IMG/VR virus record: IMGVR_UViG_3300038549_000050
Location: 1 to 56,095 of that record
DNA length: 56,095 bases
DNA from: a virus
Lineage: Duplodnaviria; Caudoviricetes
Reading direction: 5' to 3' (one strand)
Part shown: in pieces, positions 8,511 to 15,152 of the stretch
Position numbering within the stretch: position 1 is the stretch's first letter
How the letters are laid out: each line of letters starts with the position of its first letter
Notes under the pieces: generated by a model
The model's database searches: none
Told to the model about the DNA's origin: nothing
What the model saw: only the letters and a program-made list of their open reading frames with translations
Program-made: the position numbers and the translations under genes

Positions 8511-8711
8511 TCAGTCAATTTCGTTCGGCCGAACCCTGCCGCGCCCATTGCACATAGGACAGCAGACAGTCCTGATCTTCTTCGTATTCAGGCGCTCAAG
8601 ATGATACTGGACGACAGATGGAGATGATATGTCGCAAGCTGCCTGAATGGCCCGTACTGTGGCCTCTGGGTGTCGCTCTACGTAGGCGGCGATCCTTTCG
8701 CGAGTGGTCAT
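8511..8711 (-). CDS. Left-array cassette 7: LexA-type winged HTH plus CxxCxGxG motif
   Basis: ATVRAIQAACDISSPSVVQYHLERL resembles the LexA DNA-binding domain; CPMCNGRG; GGAG RBS before ATG 8711. Confidence 0.7.
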   Translation of the reverse strand: MTTRERIAAYVERHPEATVRAIQAACDISSPSVVQYHLERLNTKKIRTVCCPMCNGRGRVRPNEID

Positions 8712-8737
8712 GTTCGCTCCGGGACGTTGGTTGGATT

Positions 8738-9352
8738 TTACGACAGCGGAATTTCTTCGGGCGATGCGAAGCCGAACATCGGCAGGAAAAAGAATGGTTG
8801 CCCACACTCGCGCATGACTGAAGCGCCCTGGATTTCTGAATAGGCCAAGGCGGCGTCCCAAGCGGCGTCCAAGGCGGCGTTCCAGGCGGCGGCGGCGGCG
8901 GAGGAGGCGGCGGCGTTCCGGGCGACGTCCCGGGCGGCGTTTCGGGCGGCGATCACTTTCTGCCAATCCTCGTGCGTCATGCGATCAATGTGTTTCCAGA
9001 ACGCGAGGATGATATGCGCCTGATCTCCGAGGATTTTCTCGGGATTGGTCAGCACGATTGACGGCGCACCGTCGACGCTGTCGTTCACGCGCCGCAATAT
9101 GACCGCATGCGCAATGCTGATGCCCAGGAGCTTTGCCGTTTCCTTGTCGGCTTCGCGCTGTTCGGTTCCGTTCAGCTTGCGCGGCGACCAGCCACCAAGC
9201 AAATGGAGCACCTGCCCCTGTGCGCACATGCAGCCGATATTGGTCGGCGGCTCCTCCCCGTCGCCCTCATACTCGCTCCAGTCGATGAGCCGGCCTTTGT
9301 AAGGCTTTCCTTCATTGCTGTCCCAGAGCGAGATAAGTTCTTTAAGTTCCAT
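8738..9352 (-). CDS. Left-array cassette 6: hypothetical protein with an Ala/Trp (AARNAA/AAWDAA) repeat
   Basis: 204-aa ORF; 12-bp GCC-rich repeats near 8845-8950. Confidence 0.75.
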   Translation of the reverse strand: MELKELISLWDSNEGKPYKGRLIDWSEYEGDGEEPPTNIGCMCAQGQVLHLLGGWSPRKLNGTEQREADKETAKLLGISIAHAVILRRVNDSVDGAPSIVLTNPEKILGDQAHIILAFWKHIDRMTHEDWQKVIAARNAARDVARNAAASSAAAAAWNAALDAAWDAALAYSEIQGASVMRECGQPFFFLPMFGFASPEEIPLS

Positions 9353-9393
9353 TAGGATATTCCTTCGGGTCTGTGGGTGGGCGTTAGGTGGAT

Positions 9394-9753
9394 TCAGACT
9401 TGGTGCGTGCCTTCGACGCCGCGCGCCATGCGCTCACGGGTGCGCGAAAGCAGCTCCGCTTGAGCCGTCTGCAGATGGAACAGCGCCGACGCATTCGCCT
9501 CGCAGGCGTAGGGGCCGGCCTGGAAGCCTTCGAGGCGATCCATCAGAATTGCCAGCAACGCCTCGTGAGTGATGCCATTCACGCCGGCCTCATTGATCGG
9601 CCCGTTCTGGAACGAGAGGCGCACGCCGCTGCCGTCCGGAAGGGCGATCTCATATTCGTGGGAAGCGCCGCCGGGGCCGGGGCCGTCCAGAGCGCTCACG
9701 CGCAGTACGTCGTTGGCGGGGTTGACTTTGTGGACGGTAAGCTCTCTGCGCAT
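9394..9753 (-). CDS. tad1: Left-array cassette 5: Tad1-like anti-defence nucleotide sponge
   Basis: GPGGASHEYEI...FQNGP...GVNG...LLAILMDRLEGFQAGPY...NA.AL.H...RTRERMARGVEGT parallels the Tad1 family along its whole length. Confidence 0.85.
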   Translation of the reverse strand: MRRELTVHKVNPANDVLRVSALDGPGPGGASHEYEIALPDGSGVRLSFQNGPINEAGVNGITHEALLAILMDRLEGFQAGPYACEANASALFHLQTAQAELLSRTRERMARGVEGTHQV

Positions 9754-9800
9754 GATTTTCTCCGTTGGTGGGCGGTTGATGGATTCAGATTGGAGGCCGC

Positions 9801-10406
9801 TTAGGCGGCCTCCTCCTCGTCGTCTTCTCTCGGGAAAATTCGACTTTCCCAATCGTCCGGGAGCTCGTTGAGCGGCAGCGTTCCGACGAGGGCGACCGGA
9901 TAGTATTGTGCAGCGCGGCGCTCTTTCTCAAAGGGCAGCGATGCATAACGCCCCTTCTCGTGCGGCTCCTTCTGAAAGCCGCGATAGAATTCCAGAACAC
10001 CGTCATCGAGATTGATGATGTAGGCATATTCGCAGAACAGGCTGTCGCCCATGAAGGCTTCGCCGCCCTCCTCCATGAACTCCGCTTCGATGTAGTCTTC
10101 GATGTCGCCCTGCATCTTGCGAGAGAGAACATAAACCTCGGCCACATCGCGAGTGCTGACGCTGGTGTCGGCATACTTCTTGAGCTTTTCGATAAGCTCC
10201 GGAGTAGCGCGCTGGTCTTGTGGCCACATTTGAATGGCGCGCGCCTTGGTCTTGAGCCAGTCCATGCCGCGTTCTGGATCGCCCAAAATGTTGCGAACCG
10301 CCGCTACCACGTCAGCGCCGAGGCCGTCCGGATAGCTGTCGAAATGGTTGTAAGTGGCCTTGGTCTTGCCGTCGATAAAGACGCCGAGCGCTCCGCGCGT
10401 TCCCAT
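9801..10406 (-). CDS. Left-array cassette 4: conserved phage hypothetical protein
   Basis: MGTRG...YNHFDSYPDGLG...EYAYIINLD motifs common in phage early proteins. Confidence 0.75.
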   Translation of the reverse strand: MGTRGALGVFIDGKTKATYNHFDSYPDGLGADVVAAVRNILGDPERGMDWLKTKARAIQMWPQDQRATPELIEKLKKYADTSVSTRDVAEVYVLSRKMQGDIEDYIEAEFMEEGGEAFMGDSLFCEYAYIINLDDGVLEFYRGFQKEPHEKGRYASLPFEKERRAAQYYPVALVGTLPLNELPDDWESRIFPREDDEEEAA

Positions 10407-10448
10407 GGTGTTTTCTCCTCGGTTGATAGGTGGGGCGTTAGGTGGATT

Positions 10449-10691
10449 TCAGTCTTCGTCGTCCATGTCAATGCCGCAGTGGCGGCAGATGTAGCCAGAG
10501 CCGTCTTCATAAACGCGCTCGTGGGCGTTGCAGGTCAGTACGAACTTTTCCAGTCCAAGTCGCTCAACTTCGGCGTCGCATGTGCGCATATCCTGCCCGC
10601 GCCGAAATGGATCGTTCTGCTCGCGACGCCGCTGCAAGAGGCAAGCACCATCGCAGGTAATGCAATCAAAATTGGTCACAGGACATTGCAT
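10449..10691 (-). CDS. Left-array cassette 3: Cys-rich hypothetical protein
   Basis: CP...CITC...C and C.HE...CRHCG; GGAG RBS. Confidence 0.65.
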   Translation of the reverse strand: MQCPVTNFDCITCDGACLLQRRREQNDPFRRGQDMRTCDAEVERLGLEKFVLTCNAHERVYEDGSGYICRHCGIDMDDED

Positions 10692-10706
10692 AAGGCGCTC
10701 CGGGCG

Positions 10707-11021
10707 TTAGATGGATTTGGGTTGCTTCTGAAGAGACGCCGCCAGTTTCTCGGCTTCCTCCTCGCTAATTTCGTCGATGCCGAACGCGCCTTGTTCGACA
10801 GCCGTAAGCACGGCTTTATCGATGACGCGGTGAAGGGGCGTCGTGCCTTCTTCGTTTTCGTCATTCAGCGCGCGGCAAAGGTCCTTGGCGAACCCGCCTG
10901 AGTCCGTGACCTTCAATGGCGGCAAGGCGTTGCACGCCCATCCGCCGCTCACGATGACCGGCAATGCCGAGATATCCAACCGGATGATGATTTGGTCGCC
11001 CTCAATTTTTGCTTCGCTCAT
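10707..11021 (-). CDS. Left-array cassette 2: hypothetical protein
   Basis: Stop codon lies inside the junction motif (PKSI*); GGAG RBS. Confidence 0.7.
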   Translation of the reverse strand: MSEAKIEGDQIIIRLDISALPVIVSGGWACNALPPLKVTDSGGFAKDLCRALNDENEEGTTPLHRVIDKAVLTAVEQGAFGIDEISEEEAEKLAASLQKQPKSI

Positions 11022-11056
11022 GGGTGCTCCGGGCTCCGGGCGGTTTCAGGATTGGA

Positions 11057-11269
11057 TCAACGAACTTCAATAGGGTAATCAGTCGGAACGAGTATAGAAT
11101 CGCGCTTGGCGGTCTCAATTGAGACCATGCCCCGATACAGCTTCTCGCTCACATCCCAGACTTCGCGATACCAGCCCGTTTCCGGGTCTTTGATGCGGGC
11201 CTCGTCATATCCGTCTTCCGGATCTTCTCCGAGACGGTATTGATCAGCGGTGATTTTGCGCCATGGCAT
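11057..11269 (-). CDS. Left-array cassette 1: hypothetical protein
   Basis: GAGGAG RBS; first gene left of the divergence. Confidence 0.65.
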   Translation of the reverse strand: MPWRKITADQYRLGEDPEDGYDEARIKDPETGWYREVWDVSEKLYRGMVSIETAKRDSILVPTDYPIEVR

Positions 11270-11341
11270 ATTGCGATCTCCTCTTGACGCAATGCTCTTC
11301 GCATGTCAGAGTACTCAAGTCAATCACAAAGCGCAGACTAT

Positions 11342-11791
11342 ATGCCCGAAAATACCAGAACGTGGGGCTACATCCTTAGAACGCCCCGCACGCCGACACT
11401 GAAAAAGCAGTTGGAAATCTTGGCGCACTTGCGACTGGACACGCACGAGACCGGCCCGGTTTGGCGCGACGTGCTCGACAAGATCCCACGCGGCCCCAAG
11501 ACCGAAGAGACCGTGTTGGCAATGCGGGGCGACTTGCTGGAGATTGCCGAGCCTGGCGATTGCGTCGCGGTCGCAAGCCCTGCTTGCCTTGGCGTCTCGG
11601 CGGAGGATGCGCGCGCGTTCATCCTCGCGCTTCAGCGTAAGGGTGTGCGGCTGATGGTGTGGGACGAGTGTTGGAGCATTCAACCTGACGGCGACCCGAG
11701 CGAGCTGATCGCAGAGGTGAAGCGGCGCCATAATCGCGAGTACCAGCGCCGATCACGCGCCAAGGCAAGAAAACGTAAATCTCAATCCTAA
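11342..11791 (+). CDS. Degenerate serine-recombinase (resolvase) catalytic domain without HTH
   Basis: WGYILRT..Q...VWRD...LL...PGDCVAVAS...LGVSAED...L..KGVRL followed by an E-helix-like AEVKRRHNREYQRRSRAKAR; canonical YxRVS and DRLGR are altered. Confidence 0.7.
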   Translation: MPENTRTWGYILRTPRTPTLKKQLEILAHLRLDTHETGPVWRDVLDKIPRGPKTEETVLAMRGDLLEIAEPGDCVAVASPACLGVSAEDARAFILALQRKGVRLMVWDECWSIQPDGDPSELIAEVKRRHNREYQRRSRAKARKRKSQS

Positions 11792-11806
11792 TGGAGCAAC
11801 TATGCA

Positions 11807-12079
11807 ATGATTGAGGGAGTGTTGGTTCCAATGAAGGTCTGGCGGCCAGACGAAAGCGTTATCACCGTTGTGTGGATCGCTGGCGCTGAAGATCACTACG
11901 GCAATCTTGTTGCGGAAAACAGGCTTTCAAAAGAAGAATACTGGCCGCGTCTATACCGAGACGCGCGAGCAGACGAATCGCGCGTTCGCGGGCTTTATCT
12001 CACGCTGCGCGACGAAGTCGAAAAATGCGCCTACCGTCGCGCATGGGAAACGCTTTACCTCGACTACATGCAATCCTAA
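11807..12079 (+). CDS. Right-array cassette: hypothetical protein
   Basis: Ends QS* in the motif; start could be 11831. Confidence 0.6.
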   Translation: MIEGVLVPMKVWRPDESVITVVWIAGAEDHYGNLVAENRLSKEEYWPRLYRDARADESRVRGLYLTLRDEVEKCAYRRAWETLYLDYMQS

Positions 12080-12089
12080 TGGAGCCAAA

Positions 12090-12395
12090 ATGAGGTACTT
12101 AAGCGAAGAGCAAAAAGACGCATCTTTGCTGGCTTTGCGGTTGCTGAGTAGCGCTCGTGTGCGAGAGAGGAACGCAGATTACAACCGCCGCTTGACTGAT
12201 GCTCGCCGAGTGGCAGACGGCCTTTCGCCTGCCGAGATCATAGAACAATTGATCGCGCACAATCCAGCCTACATCCGGACCTTACTTGAAACCGAAGATG
12301 CCCGCTTTGGGACGGGCTCTTTGCGGGAGAGATACGCTCGCACCTTCGCAAATCAGCAGCTTTCCAAGGGAGCAACCAATGCAGACATGGAATAA
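12090..12395 (+). CDS. Right-array cassette: hypothetical protein
   Basis: ATG follows the junction RBS; reads through a degenerate junction at 12361. Confidence 0.65.
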   Translation: MRYLSEEQKDASLLALRLLSSARVRERNADYNRRLTDARRVADGLSPAEIIEQLIAHNPAYIRTLLETEDARFGTGSLRERYARTFANQQLSKGATNADME

Positions 12396-12600
12396 AGGCG
12401 AACCCCTCGCGAGCGTCGAAGTTGCTTGGCTACGGATCGAAGAGCCTGACGGTGATGGCGGTTGTTCCCTAAAAGTCGTCCTCGCCGTTCATGATGGCGA
12501 ATGGTGGTCTGAAGCCGGAGACTACAAAGGCGAAAGCTACACAGATCGCATTGATGGCAACATCACCGGATGGCTGCCGTTTGAAATCCCGTCCACCTAA
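12379..12600 (+). CDS. Right-array cassette: hypothetical protein (DUF551-like ITGWLP end)
   Basis: GGGAG RBS; ends PST* in the motif. Confidence 0.6.
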   Translation: MQTWNKGEPLASVEVAWLRIEEPDGDGGCSLKVVLAVHDGEWWSEAGDYKGESYTDRIDGNITGWLPFEIPST

Positions 12601-12612
12601 GGAGGCTGCGTG

Positions 12613-12762
12613 ATGCCAAGCAACCGGACATTGGGCTGGCTTTGGCTTGTGACCATGGCCGCTATGATTTCCACATTCGGCCTGACGGGGCAGAGAATGT
12701 TTTTAGAAATTGCGCTGGCTGGCGGGATAGGCTTTTTCGTCGGCCGCCTGCCTCAATCCTAA
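12613..12762 (+). CDS. Right-array cassette: 49-aa two-TM membrane protein
   Basis: Manual translation MPSNRTLGWLWLVTMAAMISTFGLTGQRMFLEIALAGGIGFFVGRLPQS*; exactly fills the gap between two junctions. Confidence 0.65.
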   Translation: MPSNRTLGWLWLVTMAAMISTFGLTGQRMFLEIALAGGIGFFVGRLPQS

Positions 12763-12770
12763 TGGAGCGA

Positions 12771-12941
12771 ATGATGCCGATATGCGTCGAGGTTGACGGA
12801 CAATTTGAAACTCGGGAAGAAGCATCGCAAGCGCTGCGCGAGGCAGCCCGCATGGTTGATTCGGGCATGTGGATCGCTTCGCAGCCGAGCCGGGCAAACC
12901 CGATGATCTTTATCACCGAAGTGGACGAAGACGAATCCTAA
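12771..12941 (+). CDS. Right-array cassette: small acidic protein
   Basis: Between junctions; ends ES*. Confidence 0.6.
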   Translation: MMPICVEVDGQFETREEASQALREAARMVDSGMWIASQPSRANPMIFITEVDEDES

Positions 12942-12952
12942 AGGAGCGGCCT

Positions 12953-13285
12953 ATGACCGCAATAACTGAGGAGTGGCTTGCTTCGGTCGGGTTCAAATAC
13001 CGTGACCCATTAGAACGCCAGCCGTTCCGGCACTGGAAGCTCACTTTCAACGAGCCGGACGACTATGGGCTTTATCTTGAAACCACGATGCCGGGGTGGC
13101 TGAACGGCGCGGGCGAACACGTCAACGCAGATGGCGGCTGGTTTCTGTGGGTGGGGCGCGAGAGCCATTATTTTCATCTGCGCCATGTCCACGAACAGTC
13201 TGAGATTGTCGCCCTTGTAGAGGCGCTGACAGGGTTGCCGTGGGAGCCAACGAAGATGGGCAATGTGCTCGTGAAGAAATCCTAA
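12953..13285 (+). CDS. Right-array cassette: hypothetical protein
   Basis: MTAITEEWLASVGF...; ends KS*. Confidence 0.7.
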   Translation: MTAITEEWLASVGFKYRDPLERQPFRHWKLTFNEPDDYGLYLETTMPGWLNGAGEHVNADGGWFLWVGRESHYFHLRHVHEQSEIVALVEALTGLPWEPTKMGNVLVKKS

Positions 13286-13296
13286 AGGAGGGGAAG

Positions 13297-13671
13297 ATGA
13301 GGAGAATTGAAAACCCAATGGATGACTTTCGGAATCGAAAGGTCACCTATGAGTTGGATGACGGCAGGCGAGTAGACGTAGACCCGCGCCTAATTCAGGA
13401 AATTGGCCTCCGAAAGGTCATGGAGAGACTTGGCGTCGAGATGCCAGCCGAGCGAATTCCTGTCTTCCATCATGGTGAGCGCGTCGGCACGGTGCCAGCC
13501 GAGTTCGATCCGGCGTTCATCAAGTCGAAGAGCTTCTTTTACGATCCGCGCCCTGGTGATTTCACCCGAATAGCCGAGGGCTGGCAGGTCAGTCACACGA
13601 TGGGACCGGGCGACGTTGCGTCGGTTCCTGGCTTCCAGGCTGAAGTGCGAACGCATCGTGAGCACTGGTAG
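13297..13671 (+). CDS. Right-array cassette: hypothetical protein
   Basis: ATG after the junction RBS. Confidence 0.65.
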   Translation: MRRIENPMDDFRNRKVTYELDDGRRVDVDPRLIQEIGLRKVMERLGVEMPAERIPVFHHGERVGTVPAEFDPAFIKSKSFFYDPRPGDFTRIAEGWQVSHTMGPGDVASVPGFQAEVRTHREHW

Positions 13672-13698
13672 AAACACGATCCAGAAAGGGAGGGAGCG

Positions 13699-13917
13699 AT
13701 GAAACGGAGACAGCGCCTGATCACGGTATGCGATGCCTGCCTGCGGGCATCGTGCTGGCACATGACTTTCCCGTGCCAGGATCACCAAACTGCCGGCACC
13801 ACGAAGAAAACAGCGCGAGAGCTGCGCAAGCTGGATCTGGAGCACCTGGACCATTACAGCCGCAAGGAAGTCGAGCGCGTCTGCGGCGGAACTGAATACG
13901 CAACACCGTCCATCTAG
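13699..13917 (+). CDS. Right-array cassette: Cys/His-rich small protein
   Basis: CDAC..SCW...C...LEH; ends PSI* in the motif. Confidence 0.65.
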   Translation: MKRRQRLITVCDACLRASCWHMTFPCQDHQTAGTTKKTARELRKLDLEHLDHYSRKEVERVCGGTEYATPSI

Positions 13918-13928
13918 GGAGCATTTGA

Positions 13929-14117
13929 ATGCAATCAGCACCTCTTAGTGGTCTCCGCGGCGAAAGCCCGCGCGACTCTTGGCAAAGGCAATACATCCGC
14001 AACGCCCTTGCAGCCCTCGGCCAGGTCAAGACGGAAGACAAGACGCTGGCAGAACACCTTCTGGCCGCAGAGCAGGCGCTGCGCAAGGCCGGCTCGTATC
14101 TCGACAGCAAATCCTAA
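13929..14117 (+). CDS. Right-array cassette: small helical protein
   Basis: Ends KS* in the motif. Confidence 0.6.
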   Translation: MQSAPLSGLRGESPRDSWQRQYIRNALAALGQVKTEDKTLAEHLLAAEQALRKAGSYLDSKS

Positions 14118-14128
14118 AGGAGCGGCCT

Positions 14129-14350
14129 ATGACGAAGCGCAAAATTGATCAAGGCAATGAGTTTCTTCTCTCTGGTTCGCTGAGAATGGAGGACGGCAAG
14201 ATGTATGCGCCGAAGGACGATGATCCGGTGCATTGCCCTGACCACAATGTGACTGTGCGGTGGGGTGACCTTGACGGCATTCAACAACTCGCTGTGGCCG
14301 ATGGAATCGACATCGCAGGTGATGATTGCATTCTGAAACTAAAATCCTGA
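14129..14350 (+). CDS. Right-array cassette: hypothetical protein
   Basis: ATG inside the 24-bp repeat; ends KS*. Confidence 0.65.
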   Translation: MTKRKIDQGNEFLLSGSLRMEDGKMYAPKDDDPVHCPDHNVTVRWGDLDGIQQLAVADGIDIAGDDCILKLKS

Positions 14351-14368
14351 AAGCGAGGAAATATCGGA

Positions 14369-14569
14369 ATGACCGCCGCCTTTTCCCTCTGTAACGACAA
14401 TCGTTGTCTTCGCCGTCTTCTCTGCGCCAGATACATGCTAAAACGAACGGACGACACCGGATTCGCTCGATTTCCAGGCGGCGAAGATTGCAATGGATAT
14501 ATTTCCCTTGCCGGATATATGCAGGGGGAAGCTATCGAAAGAGTGAAGGAACTGACCAAATGTTCATAA
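14369..14569 (+). CDS. Small Cys-rich phage protein
   Basis: C....C.....CARY...C pattern. Confidence 0.55.
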   Translation: MTAAFSLCNDNRCLRRLLCARYMLKRTDDTGFARFPGGEDCNGYISLAGYMQGEAIERVKELTKCS

Positions 14570-14928
14570 CAGCCGATCAACTCCTAGCCCACGCCATCGG
14601 GGATTATATCCTGCAATCTCATTGGATGGCCACTGAGAAGACCAAGAACAGCGTTGCGGCGGCGATTCACGCCGTGACCTACACAATCCCCTTCCTCTTG
14701 CTGACGCAAGACTGGGAGCCCCTGGCGGTCATTTGCGGCACGCATTTTCTTGTCGATCGGTTCAGGCTGGCGCGCTTCGTCGTCTGGTTCAAGAACGGTC
14801 CATGGAAGCCTCTAACGTCGACCGGATATCAAGGCGACGTGCCGTCATGGCTCTCGGTATGGCTCCTGATCGCGGCTGATAATATCTGCCACATTGCAAT
14901 AAATGGCGCTGCGCTGAAGTTTCTCTGA
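14560..14928 (+). CDS. DUF3307-like membrane protein
   Basis: HAIGDYILQSHWMA..K...H...Y...HFLVD...DN..H. Confidence 0.8.
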   Translation: MFITADQLLAHAIGDYILQSHWMATEKTKNSVAAAIHAVTYTIPFLLLTQDWEPLAVICGTHFLVDRFRLARFVVWFKNGPWKPLTSTGYQGDVPSWLSVWLLIAADNICHIAINGAALKFL

Positions 14929-15152
14929 TTGCAAAATTGCAATCATTTACCTCTTGACATTTCAGAAATGCCATTAAGACGGCGAAGAAAAAGCTTGACC
15001 CCCCGATAGGGGGTAGCTTATGCTTGGCATTGGAGAGTTCTGCGTTTTACCGGAACGACCACAGTCTCTTGGCGGGGACGGTCGTATCCTCAATCTGGCG
15101 GCGAAATCAACGTTTCGCTGAAGCCCTTTGCACGTCCGGAGCAACGCCGAAC

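Larger units (their letters stand above)
8257..11052 (-). repeat. Eight copies of a 15-bp gene-end junction motif, consensus ATCCAYCTAACGCCC (minus strand)
   Basis: + strand copies: 8257-8271 GAGCGTTCGGTGGAT; 8491-8505, 9379-9393 and 10433-10447 GGGCGTTAGGTGGAT; 8721-8736 GGGACGTTGGTTGGAT; 9770-9784 GGGCGGTTGATGGAT; 10702-10716 GGGCGTTAGATGGAT; 11038-11052 GGGCGGTTTCAGGAT; one per gene. Confidence 0.9.
11784..14358 (+). repeat. Eleven stop-plus-RBS junction motifs, consensus AATCCTAAWGGAG(C)
   Basis: 11784, 12072 and 12755 AATCCTAATGGAGC; 12934 and 14110 identical 24-mer AATCCTAAAGGAGCGGCCTATGAC; 13278 AATCCTAAAGGAG; 14343 AATCCTGAAAGCGAGG; 12591 GTCCACCTAAGGAGG; 13908 GTCCATCTAGGGAGC; degenerate copies at 12361 and 13678. 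Confidence 0.9.

Noticed and set aside
9906-10901. 331-aa + strand ORF
   Set aside because: Antisense to three motif-delimited minus-strand genes that have RBSs; no recognisable motif.
8257-11052. Canonical integron attC sites
   Set aside because: Only an RYYYAAC-like half is present; no complementary GTTRRRY box, no long imperfect hairpin and no tyrosine integrase in the window.
8257-14358. CRISPR array interpretation of the recurring motifs
   Set aside because: Repeats are 13-24 bp and degenerate, and are separated by whole genes of 150-650 bp; no cas genes.
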